A stretch of DNA of 64,000 bases, from NCBI RefSeq assembly GCF_009914755.1, contig NC_060933.1, one strand, 5' to 3'. The notes under the pieces are model-generated. The model made no database searches. It was not told where the DNA came from and worked only from the letters and a program-made list of their open reading frames with translations. Of this stretch, positions 38,231-54,415 are shown in pieces. Every line of letters starts with the position of its first letter. The stretch's first letter is position 1. The DNA comes from the human T2T-CHM13v2.0 reference genome, Homo sapiens. The position numbers and the translations under genes are program-made.

Positions 38231-38546
38231 TTTTTTTTTTTGTCTTTTTTTTTTTTTTTTTTTTTGAGATGGAGTCTTTCTCTGTTGCCCAGGCTGGAAT
38301 GCGGTGGTGCGATCTCGGCTCACTGCAGCCTCTGCCTCCTGGGTTCAAGGAATTCTCCTGCCTCAGCTTCCTAAATAGCTGAGATTACAGGTGTGTGCCA
38401 CCACACCCAGCTAATTTTTGTATTTTCAGTAGAGACAGGGTTTCACCATGTTGGTTAGGTTGGTTTCAAACTCCTGACCTCAAGAGATCCACCTGCTTTG
38501 GCCTCCCAAGTGCTGGGGTTGCAGGCGTGAGCCATGGCGCCCGGCC
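38231..38546 (-). mobile_element. Alu (AluS-type)
   Basis: Full body. Confidence 0.95.
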
Positions 38547-39469
38547 CCTATTTTGATTTTGATGGTGGGTCTAGGCTTTCTGCAACTGGGCAGTCTGCAG
38601 AGCTCTGTGGGGCCTCTGGGGTCTGCAGCTTCCTGGGCACCCCCCAGACTCCCATGTGGCTGCCTTTGCTGAGAGCACCCTCCCTGCTTCTCCTGGTGCC
38701 TCCAGGGGACACCCCCTGGCTCAGGCCTCCTTCAGAGCTGTCCTCACACCCCATTTTGATTGTTTACCCCTCTGTCTCCCACTGGGCTATGACTGGGACA
38801 AGGCATTTTCTTTTTGCATCCTAGCTTAGTTGGGGACACCCTGTGTGGCCAAGTGTCCCCAGGCTCACCCAGCTGAAACAAGATCTGGGAAGGGTCTGGC
38901 AACCCTCCCACCAATAGCTTCCCAATGGGAAGAAGCCACACCCTTCTGTGTCTGTTGAGAAGCTTTGGGGCTGTTTACTGCCCACCAAGCTCTCGAAACT
39001 GTGGCTCTCGAAACCCAGAGGGAAGGGGAGCCTTATCACTAGTCATGGCTTCTGCTTGATATCTGTCCAAAAGGCCTGACTTCATCAGCCAACAGGCATC
39101 CCAGCCTTTTCTGTTAAGTTGGGGTCTGTTTCCACACTGAGAGTCCCTGGGGGGCCTCTGGAGTGGGGATGCAGGCATGGCAGAGCACTAGGTGGGCACC
39201 CAGCTTCTCAGACCTCTCTCTTTTCCCACCCAAGCTCCAGGGGCAGAAAACAACCCACACCTGCCAGAAACCTGACCAGGCTGCAGAGCTGGAAAAGCTG
39301 GTTTAGTGCAGGGAGGGTGGGGGCAGGGAGGCGGGCAGGGTGAGCCCTTCTGAGGCTGCCAGGCGCTGCTCACATCAGCCGACTGGCCGTTGGCCTCTCA
39401 GGACTGTCACTTGGAAGTTCCTTCTCCCAGAGATGGCTATTGCCAAGGTCATCTGTGCAGTGACCACTG

Positions 39470-40235
39470 CAGGGCCTGGGCGCTCCCGGGAGCCGCAGCG
39501 CAGGGACAGTCCGTGCAGACGGGTGGCGGGGGAGGCGGGGGAGGGCAAAGGCCTCCACTCTGCAGGTAGCCCGGGCCTGGTGGGCGAAAGGACTCAAACG
39601 CCAGAGCTCTCTGACCCTCGGCCGCCAGGGTTCAAGGCTGGGCCCAGCCGCGCTTTGCCGGGGTCCAGGGCGTGAAGGATCGTGGGGGACCCGATGGATC
39701 CTGGGGCGCCCGCTGGGGGCCTCGCGCGGGGACCTCCCGGCTGCTTGAGAGGCGGAGGCAGCAAGAAGCAGGAAAAGGAACTGGGGGGACGCGAGCGAGT
39801 GGCAGGCCCTCCTCGGTGGCCGCCGAGCGCGCGCCCAGCTTGGGGAACGCGCTGCCTGCGCACCCGGGCGCGCCCGGGAAGGCCGGCTCGCTGGCACCGC
39901 GTCAGTTTCCGAGCTGTCTGTGCATGTCTATTTCTTTCACTAGAGGTTGCTCACTTTCACTTCTTGGTTCCTTTCGCCTCCTCTGACGGCTCCGGGAGCG
40001 TCTGTGCGCGCGCGTGTGTGCGTGCCCGTGTGCCCGCGCGCGACCGGCGACCCCGCCCCGCGCCCCTGTCCCTAAAGGGAAGGGCGTCCCGCCGGGCGTC
40101 GCGGGGCCTAAATGAACATGGGAACCTGCGCTGGGGAAGGCCCGCCAGGCCCTGCTGGCCCAGGAGGCCCGGATTACAGCCCAGTCTGCGTCGCTGCGGG
40201 CAGAAGACCGCGTTCATTACCGGTGCCCCTCGTCC
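39470..40235. promoter_or_regulatory. Orphan CpG island
   Basis: Dense CpG/CGCG; GC boxes (39525-39541, 40051-40060); no coding exon. Confidence 0.85.
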
Positions 40236-40919
40236 CCACCCACTTCTCTCTCTTTCTGGGTCTCCAGACAACCTTCCCGGAAGCTGCAGCTACTTCTTCT
40301 GACTTGGATTGGGGGTAGGGTAGGGTAGGGGGCGCTTTCTGCCACCCCTTTCCTCCATCCCAAGGAAACCGAGGCCAGTATGGACGGGGCCTTGCTCCAC
40401 TGAACAGGAAGCGACACCCTGAAACTTTTGCTTGAGCAAGTGAGGTTTGGATGGGACCGAGAGGGACCTCCGCAGCTTCTCCCCTCTTCCCCACCCACTC
40501 CTTACAGTTCTTTTACACACCCTGTTCCTGGGCCCTACCTCAGGGCCTTTGCACGAGCTCTGGGCTCCAACAGGCCAGAGACCTCTATTCCTCACTAATT
40601 GACCTTAGGCAAATTCCTTAACCTCTCTGAGCATCCATTTTCTTGGCTGTAAGATGGGCTCAGAATAAGATGTTTGAGGGTTCAAGGTGATGACCAATAC
40701 AGAGCACAGGACCAGGCACTTAGGGCAGAGCAAAGGACATGCGTTGGGCCAGGGCAGTTGTGGGGATTATACAGACGCTTCCCTCGCCTGGGGTCCCTCC
40801 ACTCTCTCCAGGGAGCCTCTTCACCTTCCACCCACCCGCAGTCCTCAATGGCTGACTTTCACTTGGTACGATTCCCTGCCCCAATCCCTGCTGTGAGGAC
40901 CATCCGGTGGAAATAGAAA

Positions 40920-41150
40920 GAGGGCCAGGTCTGAAGGCTGGAGAGCTGGGTTCAAATTCTGGCCAGTTCTGTCTGGCTGTGTGATTATGTGCAAGTTGCT
41001 AGGCCTCTCTGTGCCTGAACTTTTTTCTCTGTGAAACTGAGGCAGAAGGCTGCCTGGCCTGCATCTCAGGGCCCTCAGAGGATGAAGCAGAGCGCGGTGG
41101 GATGTCATTCCAAGCAGTGAAAAGCCTCAGACAGAAGCATGTCGCCACTG
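40920..41150 (+). mobile_element. MIR fragment
   Basis: CTGGGTTCAAATTCTGGC...GCTGTGTGA..TGTGCAAGTTGCT..CCTCTCTGTGCCT. Confidence 0.7.
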
Positions 41151-42455
41151 TCATTTACACCCGTCCTTGCAGCATGGATTCAGGCTTGAGGAATCAGCTT
41201 GTCAACCCCATCAGAGAGGTCCCTGCCTCCTGTGCTAATGGGAGGTGGCTGGAAGGCCACTTCCAAGAAATTTGCAGCTTGATGGGCTCTACCACTCACA
41301 TGTAGCCTTGGACATCAGTTCCAACAAGGAGGGTACTTGAGGCACGGTGACAGCCCCAAAAGGGAGTGTCCTGGGAAAAGAAGCAATGTGTACTTCTCCA
41401 ATGAGTAAGGCCTTGGCCAGGGACCATGGTGCGACCTTCCTCAACCCTGCCACCCGGCACCGACATTGACTCTCCCTCACCCCACATACTCCCTCCTGGG
41501 CACCAGCCCCCGAAAGGACCCAATGTAGTGGCTCCATCCAGATCTCCCATGCCCCTGTATCAAAGCTGCCATCTTTCCCCCAAGTTCACTGCTCCTCAGT
41601 TACTGACGCCATCACCCACCCGATTCTTCAAGCCGCAGGCTCATGGTCCACTGGTTTTCTCAAGACAGAAGCACTGACATTGATTTTGCTATATGCGTAC
41701 TGTAAAACCACAGACAATATAAAACATGTGCATTGGAGAATGAAAGTTCCCTCATTATATGCCCTCCTGAAATCGCCACATTTCACAGTTTGGTGAATTC
41801 CTGTATCAGTTTAAACTCTGTGTTACAACAGACAGAAAATCCAACCAAGATAGGAAATAATGGGCTCATGTAAGGAAATGATGCAGAGGTGATAGTGGGT
41901 TTCAGGCATGGTTTGATCCAGAGGCTCATGATGCTGTTGGGGCTCTGTCTTGGCTTCTCTGCAGTTCCCGTCCCTTTGCCTTCCTAACAGTATCAGCTGG
42001 GCCCATTCAGGGTGGTGCAGTGACTGCTGGGGTCCCAGAGAGTCTGTCCTCAACACTGCACCATCAGGCACAAGATGGATTCATTTGCTCCTGAGGATAA
42101 GTGAGGAAATCTGTTTCTCAGAGGTGCGCTCATCCACTCTGGGGAGGGTCAGAGAAGACTTCCTGGAAGAGGCAAGGCCTAACCTGAGTTGGTGTCTCCT
42201 CCTTTACATATGCAAAAGCAAAGTCCCCTTTCACCTTTATGAAACTTGGAGCTCAGAAGTGTTAAGCGATGGGGTTGAAGAGGCTGAAGTGACCGTAGGG
42301 CCGTGTGCATGAAAGTCAAAGGCAGATGGGGCTAGGCTGGAGCACCAGGCTGTGTGGCCTCAGGAAAGCAGGACCTGTGGAACAAAGGCACACGAGCCTC
42401 CGGATTTATTAGGAGGGATAGGTCCAGCCCCCAAATGCACTCCAGGATTTGTTTA

Positions 42456-42989
<534 letters not shown>

Positions 42990-43210
42990 TCAGGCAGAGC
43001 CAGTCTCCCTGGCAGCGTCCTTCCTGCACATCCCCTCACTCTCCACCCCCACCTCCCAGAGGGAGGGGGATTTCCAGGCTGGGGTAAGTCCTCCTGCTCC
43101 CTCCATCCATCTGATCCTGGCTATGCGTCTGGCTGTCCGGCCATCCTTCTTCTTCCCTGGCAGACAAGCCATTAAGCACCGGTCCCCCAAAGCACCGGCC
43201 TGCAGCCTCA

Positions 43211-43419
43211 GCACCAAGTGCATTTGCTGCCATTAGCAAGAAGCCCCGGCCAGGCTAGTCTGGTTTAATGCACAGCCCACTTCATCCCTACTCCCTGGGG
43301 ACTGCTTGTCAAAACTCCATCCATTGAGGAATAACAGAGCCTGAGAAGAAAAGATGGGGGCTCCAGGACCCAACATGGACAGTCGTGTAGGTTGCTCACT
43401 GCACAAGTGGAGCTGCAAT
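43211..43419 (+). repeat. Unique-sequence direct repeat, copy 1 (probable donor)
   Basis: ~95% identical to 46189-46396. Confidence 0.95.
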
Positions 43420-43517
43420 GCAGCCAGTCCTCCACTTGCCAGGCTGAGGGCCCTGGCACAGGCTGCATTCTGCACATGAGGCGGTGCCCTTTTCTAATCC
43501 CTTCCAAGCTGCTATAG

Positions 43518-45447
<1,930 letters not shown>

Positions 45448-45592
45448 AAATGAAGAAATGAAAAGCACAAAGGATCTGATAGCAAGGCTGGCAAAATGAA
45501 GGAGGTCAAGACTGTGTAGTAATCAATGAATAAAGAAAACTTTTTTTCAACATACGAAGTTTCAACAAATGATGAACAATTGGATATCTTTT

Positions 45593-46396
<804 letters not shown>

Positions 46397-46479
46397 TCAA
46401 ATCTCATATCTTATACCGAAATTATCTTGCTCCTTTCAGATTAGAGGAGGGACAAAAATTAATAATAATTAACTAGCAG

Positions 46480-46790
46480 ACTGGAGACGGTGGCTCATGC
46501 CTGTAACCCCAACATGTTGGAAGTTCAAGGTGGGAGGATCTCTTGAGCCCAGGAGTTTGAGACCAGCCTGGGCAATGAAGCAAGACTCCATCACTACAAA
46601 AATTACAAACATTAGCCAGGTGTGGTGGTGTATGCCAGTAGTTCCAGTTATTCAGGGGGCTGAGATGGGAGGATTGCCTGAGCCTGGGAGGGGGTTGAGG
46701 CTGCAGTGAGCTGTGATTGTGCCACTGAATTTCAGCCTGGGCAACAGAACAAGACCCTGTCTCAAAATAGAATAATAATAATAATAATAA
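46480..46790 (+). mobile_element. Alu (AluJ-type), (AAT)n tail
   Basis: Full body. Confidence 0.9.
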
Positions 46791-48861
46791 GCTAGTAATG
46801 GATCATAGATTTAAATGTAAAATATAAAGACAGAGAGCAACCAGGTCTGTATCACGTGGGATTCTCAGCCTGGCCCCACTGTTGGATGATGCAGAAGCAG
46901 TGAGGATTATGGAAGCTCAAGGGACAAAGTCACGTGGGCACCTTCTGTGTGGTCACACCTGACCTGTCCCTGAGTTTAAGGATGGAAGGGAGGGAAGTAA
47001 CATTTTTCAAGTGTGATCTCTGCACTGCAACCTCCACTAAGTGAGTTCTTAGCTTCGTCTCATTTAATCCTAATACAAATCAATACACTTTTGGAGGTTG
47101 GAGTTTTTATCCTGGCTCTATGAGTGAGAAAATTGAGTTCAGAGAGGTTAAGGAACCTGTCTGGGGTCACATAGTAAATGGGGGAGCAGGGTTTGGACCC
47201 AAGGTATTCACCTCTGCTAGAGGCAGACGGGGGACAGTCAGGCCAAGCTGATGACTGGACCTGCATTGTTGCCCACCTGGTTTTAGGCCCTTGGTCAAGG
47301 TGGGTGTGGGGCATGGGAGCCTTTTTTCCAATATTCTGGGGCGATCTGAGGCCTCCATTTTCCCAAGAGCCTCAGCTCAGTCCCCTTCTTGATGAGGCCT
47401 CCTCCGGGGTGGCTGTTGTTCTTAGGAACTCACCAAACCCATCCCCAACAGTGGGGCACCATCCCAGGCCTGACAAGGGTGGATGCGTTGATGTCCTGGT
47501 GTCAAACCCTCCTGGATGTATAGAAATAAGCAGAAGGACACGCCCCAGACCTGGGCCGACCTGTGTCCATCCCTGCCTCCTGTGACTCGCCAGCCGCTGC
47601 AGCCGACTGACCTTCTCTAAACTCCTTTTGCATTCCCACTCCCACACCGTTGCCCAGGCTGGAGCCTCCTCCCAGGATCCCTTCTCCACCTCCTCTCCCT
47701 TCTTCAAATGCGGCCGCTGTTTCAGCATTCAGCTCAAGTCATGCCTTTCCCAGCAGCTCCCACGAGCTCTCTCTCTTCTGAACTCCTGCAGCTGATAAAT
47801 ACGGTCTAGTCCCCCATGGTCTCAAAAGCTGGTGTTTGCCAGCATAGCCTTCTAGAGAGGCATGGACCTTCTAGAGCCTTCTAGATGCTCCCAGAGAGGC
47901 ATCTCCAGCAGTCTCATGACCAAACAGCTTGGGAGTGTTCCAAGGGTAGGAGCTGAGTTTTAAGCCCCTCTCTGCTTGGCACAGGGAAAGCTGGTTCCAG
48001 CCCATGGCTCAGGATCTGAGAGCCCAGTCTGCCATTTCTTTGCTGCGTGCTCAGTGCCTGGCACAAAAACTGCTCGATCAAGGGCAATAGTTGCTGCTGT
48101 GGTTTTCACGGTTATTATTTTTATTATCAAGATGATTTCTGGAACCGTGTATGGAAAGTGGGAGGGTCCAAAGTCCTCCTCGAGTAGGAAGCCTCCCCTC
48201 CTGGCCACTCCACCCCCCCAACTCCTGAGGCATGCCCACCTTTCCTTCCTGGTGACCTGCTGCTCCCAGCTGCTCCTCCAGCCTCCCCAGCAGGGCTGCA
48301 GGCTCCTGTAGGGGATCGGGGTGGGTGGGGACAGAGGCGGGCTTTTAATTCTTCTTCCGCCACTCAGAGCCTTGAATTGACCCTCAGTGTGACACTTAAG
48401 GGGCCCCAGGGATGCCCGGATCAGCAGAGGGGAGTGGGCTCTTGCCTAATGGAGTCCACCCAGGGCCCAGGCCTCCTGCAGCCTGATTAGATTTTATGAT
48501 CCCAAAGGAGCTGCCCTGGATCCCTGCTCACCTTCAAGCCTCATCAGCACCAGGCCCTGTCCATTGTGAATTTCAAACACAGCCTCTGCTGACACAACCT
48601 CCACCCCGGACCGCTCCCGCAACCGCGTACCACCCCCTCTACCCCGCCCCCCCAAAGCCACACGGTCCTGCCCTGTCACCAGGCCGCCACCCTCTCCAAC
48701 CTAGGTGCTGCCAGGCCTCTGCCCCTCCCAACTCTCCTCCCCGCCCACCTTTGCCCAATAGCTGGGGATCCATTTCTAGAACACAAATCTGGTTGTACCC
48801 CCACCTCCCACCCCTCAGACTCCTGCTACTTTCAGCAGAGGGTGGGGGTTGGGGGGCTTCT

Positions 48862-49025
48862 CTTGACTTTCATGTATAATTATCACCAGGGGAAACTCTT
48901 AAAGATAGCACCTTATCCTTATCGGAGCATGGCCTCCTGGGTAGGGCCCAGGAATCTGCATTTCACAAGTCTCCCTTCAGGCTGGGGGACTGTGGCCCGG
49001 GGCCCAGTTCACGTTCTGGTGGAAA
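48862..49025. mobile_element. MER5A-like hAT MITE fragment
   Basis: ATCACCAGGGGAA.CT.TTAAA...GGGTAGGGCCCAGGAATCTGCATTT.ACAAG. Confidence 0.6.
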
Positions 49026-49796
49026 ACGCTGAAGAGACAAGAATAAAAATGAGAGCCTGGCAAGAGTTCTTTAGCCAGCAGCGTCCTAGCTGCTTCTCTG
49101 ACTTGGAAACATCTAGACCTTTTCTACCTGGACCTCCATTTCTACTCTTGCCCAGGGCCCACACATGTCAGGGGTGGGCCTGCTTGGAGCCAGCTCTTTA
49201 ATCTCTCATCTGCAGGATAAGGTGCAGGGCGCTCAGCTTGGTGAGTGAAACCCCTTGGGGCCTGGCTCCCTCTTTGGCTCCTACTGAACGCCTCCCTCCT
49301 CCACATCAACCCCAGCACTCAGCCTATGGTATTTGAATGTTTTGGGCAGGTTCTTGCCTCTGTGCCTTTGCACATGTTCCCTCTGCCTAGAACATTCTTC
49401 TTCCACGTATTCCCTTGGGGAACTCCTATTCCTCCCTCAAAACCCAACTTAGATATCATGATTCTTCAGGGCCCGTTTGTTCCCTCACCCCATTCTCTGC
49501 CTGCATGGACCCTGCTTCGTTATAATTATTTCATCCTGCTTCTTCTCTGCAGGCAGCTTGTCAGCTTTACCATGATGATTTTAGAATGAGGAGATCTGGC
49601 TTTGCCTCCGGCCTTTATACTTTCCAGGGCTCTGAACTTGGGTGTTATCTACCCACCTGTCTAAAGCCTTTTTGTTCGTGATAAAATGGGGACTTAAAGT
49701 ATTGCCCACTGCGTTGTGTTACCTTGACATTGAGACAAGATCTCACACGTGAAGGGCTCAGCACAGCATGTGGCACGGAGTCACAGCACTGGTTAT

Positions 49797-50127
49797 TTCT
49801 TTTCTTTTTTCTTTCTTTCTTTCTTTCTTTTTTTTTTTTTTTTTTGATACAGAGTCTCGCTCTGTCGCCCAGGTTGGGGTGCAGTGACATGATCTCATTT
49901 CACTTCAACTTCCGCCTCCTGGGTTCAGGCAATTCTCCCGCCTCAGCCTCCCCAGTAGCTGGGACTACAGGCACGAGCCACCACGCCTGGCTAATTTTTG
50001 TATTTTTAGTAGAGACGGGGTTTCACCATGTTGGCCATGGTGGTCTCAAACTTCTGACTTCAAGTGACCCGCCTGTCTCGGCCTCCCTAAGTGCTGGGAT
50101 TATAGGCATGAGCCACCGCACCCAGCC
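49797..50127 (-). mobile_element. Alu (AluS-type); last Alu in the window
   Basis: TSD CAG(C/T)ACTGGTTATTTC. Confidence 0.95.
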
Positions 50128-51264
50128 AGTACTGGTTATTTCAACGTCTTTCCTGTGGGCAGGCAAGCTCTGTGAGGCCGGGGAGGGCATTTTCTTCATC
50201 TTGGGATTCATGGAGTCCAGGGTGGGGCATTTCCCAGGGTGGACCCCAGGAGGACAGATCTGTGGGTGGCTCCGGGCTCTGCTGCTCTGCCCCTTCCCTG
50301 GAAACTGTCCCCACTCTGAGTGCCATTGTTGGCTGTGCTGTGGGGATAGGGCCTCATGTCCCTCGGGGGGGGTCTCCATCTGGAGGGAAGGAAGCCAGTG
50401 GGGCCCACGGGGTGAAGGGGCAGGGTTGGGGGCACAGTCAGGACAGAGGGGCTTTGACCTTCAGAGCACCGTTGGCAGAACTTGGGGCCTTTCCAAGGGG
50501 GGCTGCCTCCATTCCGTCCCCTAAGGACCTGCCCAGCATGGGGGGAGCAGGGCAGGGTGCCCGGGAGGCATGAGGACTGGCCCCAGCTGCAGCACTCGGC
50601 GAGAATCTCTTGATCTCTCGGCTGCACTGAGAGGCGGAGGCAGCCGGGCCCTGGAGATGGTCTCCATGACAACCGCTGCCACTCACTCCCCATCTCGGAT
50701 GTAAATTAGTTACAATTTTATTAGTGTGCAGAATTTCAAGAGGCCAGATCCTGTCTTGGAAGGGAAAAGGATGGCGCGGGGGGACAGAGGAGAGTTTCCG
50801 AAGCTTCACACCCCCGCAGGGACCCCAAACTCCAAGGTAGATCCATGGACAGTGAATTGGGCTGCACGCCCTCATTCGTCAGCCCTGGTCAGGCTCTCTG
50901 GAGAGGAGGAAACACACAACACAGGCCCGTCCCCACTCTTCTGGCCGCCTCCTCACAGCAGCCTGGGAGCATTCCCTCCACAGCAGACAGGGAGGCGGCT
51001 GAGAGCCGTGGGGGTCATTAGCTGGTACAAGGGCACGCAACTCGCCAGGAGCCAGACACTGGCTCTCCCCCTCTGCCCAGCAGACCCCCAAGGTTGGTTA
51101 AGGTTCACTGAAACACTGCTGAGCACCACATACGCAGGCAAGGGCATCCCCCAGGGGCTTGGGCATCTGGACAAACATCAGGCCCTGGGTGCCAAGAGTC
51201 AGCATGTAGAGCCACTATCCTGTGGCCGGAGGTCATGTGTTTGTCCCCTCTAGCACTGGGCAAA

Positions 51265-54200
51265 GACGGCTGGGAGGATGGATGAAAAGATAAAAGATAG
51301 ATGGAGGATGGATGGGAGGATAGATGGAGGATGGATGGAGGATGACTTAGAAGATGAATGAAAAAATGGATGGAGGATGGATGGGAGAATGGATGGGAGG
51401 ATGGTTGAAGGATGAATGAAAAGATAGATGGAAGGATGAATGGGAGGACAAATGGAAAGATAGAATGGATGGGAGGATGGGTGAAAAGATGGATGAGAGG
51501 ATGAATGAAGAATAAGATGGAGGGAGAATGGATGGGAGGATGAATGGAGAATGGATGGAGGATAGACAGGAGGATGGATGGGAGGATGGATAGAGGGTGG
51601 GCAGAGGAATAGATGAAAGATGAATGGAAAGAAGGATGGGAGGATTGATGGGAGGATGGATGAGTGAATGAATGGAAGATGGATGGAGATGGGTGAAAGA
51701 TGGATGGAGAATGGCTGGGAGGATGAATGAAAAGACGAGTGGAGAATGAATGGGAGGGTGGTTGAAGGATGAAAGGAAAGATGGATGGGAAGATGCATGG
51801 GAGGACGGACAGAAAGATGGATGGGAGAAAGGATGGAAGATGGATGGAAAAAATGGATGAGAGGATGGATGGAGAATGGATGGAGGATGGATGGGAAGGT
51901 GGAAGGAAGATGAATGGAGGATGAAGAGAGGATGGATGAAAAGATGGATGGAGAATGAATGGGAGAATGGATAGGAGAATGGTTGAAGGATGGATGGACA
52001 GAGGAATGAATGAGAGGATGGATGAGAAGGTGGAAGGAGGATGGATGGAGGATGAACAGAGGATAGATGAAGGATGGATGGAGGATGGCTGGGAGGATGG
52101 ATGAAAAGTTAGATGGAGAATGAATGGGAGGATGGTTGAAGGATGGATGGGAGGATGCATGGGAGGATAGACAGAGGAATGGATGAGAGGATGGATGGAA
52201 AGACAGATGGGGATGGACAGAGGAATGGATGGGAGGATAGATGGAAAGATGGATGGCAGGACGGATGGAGAATGGATTGAGGATAGATAGAAGAATGAAT
52301 GGGAGGATAAATGGCAGGGTGAACAGAGGAATAAATGGAAGATGGATGAAAAGATGGATAAGAGAATGGGAGGATGGATGAGAGGATGAATGAAGGATGG
52401 GTGAAGGATGGATGAAGTGTGGATGGAGGATGGCTGGGAGGATGGGTGAAGAGATTAATGGGGGATGGATGAGAGAATGGATGAGATGATGGATGAAGGA
52501 TAAATGGAAAGATGGATAGAAGATGAATGAAGGATGGATGAGAGGATGGATGGTAGATGGATAATGGATGGGGGATGGATGGAAGGATGGTTGAGAGGAT
52601 GATTGGAGGATGGATGGGACGGTGAATGAAGGATGGATGGGATCATGGAGGGAGAATTGATAGATGGGAAAATGGATGGATGGGAGAATGGATAGGATGA
52701 TGGAGGGAGGATGGATGGGAGGACAGCTGAAGGATGGATAGAAAGATGGATGGGAGAATGAATGAAGAATGGATTAAAAGATGGATGGGAGGATGGATGG
52801 AGGATGGATAGAAAGATGGATACAAAGATGGATGGGTGGAAGGATGGAAGATGGATGAAAAGATGAAGGGTGGATGGATGGGAGAATGGAAAAAGAGAGA
52901 ATTAATGGAAGGATGAATGGGAGGATGGACAGGTGGATGGATGGAAAAATGAATGGGAAGATGGATAGGAAAATGTATGGGAGAATAAATGAAGCATAGA
53001 TGGGAGAATGGATAAAGGATACATGGGATAATAAATGGGAGGATGGATGAGAAGATGGATGGGAGGATGGATGGAAGGATGGATGGGATGATGAATGAAG
53101 GATGGATGGGATCATGGAGGGAGAATTGATAGATGGGAAAATGGATGCATGGGAGGATGGATAGGATGATGGAGGGAGGATGGATGGGAGGACAGCTGAA
53201 GGATGGATAAAAAGATGGATGGGAGAATGAATGAAGAATGCATGGGAGTATGGATTAAAAGATGGATGGGAGGATGGATGGAGGATGGATAGAAAGATGG
53301 ATAAAAAGATGGATGGGTGGAAGGATGGAAGATGGATGAAAAGATGAAGGGTGGATGGATGAGAGAATGGACAAAGGCTATAAGGGAGAATGAATGGGAG
53401 GATGAATGGGAGGATGGACGGGTGGATGGATGGAAAGATGAATGGGAAGATGGATAGGAAAATGTATGGGAGAATAAATGAAGCATAGATGGGAGAATGG
53501 ATAAAGGATACATGGGATAATAAATGGGAGAATGGATGGGAAGACGGATGGAAGGATGAATGGGAAGATGGATGGAAGGATGGATGGGATGATGAATGAA
53601 GGATGGATGGGTGAATGCATGAAAAGATGGATGGTAGGATGGGTGAAGAATTGATGGAAAGATGGATGGAAGGATGGAGGATGGATGGGAAGATGAAGGG
53701 AAGATGAATGAAGGATAGACGGGAGAATGGATGAGATCATGGACAGAGGAATAAATAGGAGGATGGATGGAAAGATGAATGGGAGGATGGATAGGAGGAT
53801 GTATGGGAAAATGAATGAAGAGTGGATGGGAGGATGGATGGAAAGATGGATGAGAGGATAAATGAAGGATAAGTGGGAGGATGGATGGAAGGGAGGATGG
53901 GGAATGACTGGGAGGATGAATAGAGAATGTATGGAAAGATGGGTGGGAGGATGGATGGAGGATGGATGGGAGGCTGAAATGGGAAGGTCGACGGAGGATA
54001 GATGGGAAAATAGATAGGATTGATGGAAGGATGGATGGGGGATGAGTGGAGGATGGATGGAGGTTGGTTGAGGGATGAATGGAGGATGACCGAGGGGATA
54101 AATGGAAAGATGGATGGAGGATGAGTGGGGGACGAATAGGAGGATGGATGGAGGATGAGTGGGGGTTAAATAGAAGGATGGATGGGAGGATGGATGGGTA

Positions 54201-54415
54201 GATGGATGATGGTCGGGTAGTTGGATGATGGATAAGGGGATGGTTGAAGGATGGATGGAAAGATGGATGGGAGGAAGAATAGGAGGGTGGATGGGAGCAT
54301 GAATGAAGGATGGATGATAGGATGAATGGACGATGGATGGGAGGGTGGATGGTAGGATGGATGAAGTATGGATGGGAGAATGGGTGGGTCGATGGGCAGG
54401 AAGAATGGATGAGAG
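51265..54415 (+). repeat. 3.15-kb degenerate (TGGA/GGAT)n purine-rich array with higher-order duplication
   Basis: GGATGGATGGGAGGAT-type units throughout; ~470-bp tandem block at ~52610-53610. Confidence 0.95.

Noticed and set aside
43211-43419. Duplicated 208-bp segment as a snoRNA/scaRNA pair
   Set aside because: No convincing C/D or H/ACA box architecture and no host-gene intron evident
49724-50524. 266-aa ORF and the many other ORFs containing [27 protein letters not shown]
   Set aside because: Alu-derived reading frames
51105-52160. 351-aa His/Pro/Ser/Ile-rich minus-strand ORF and neighbouring ORFs
   Set aside because: Translation of the (TCCA)n strand, which is naturally poor in stop codons; no domain features
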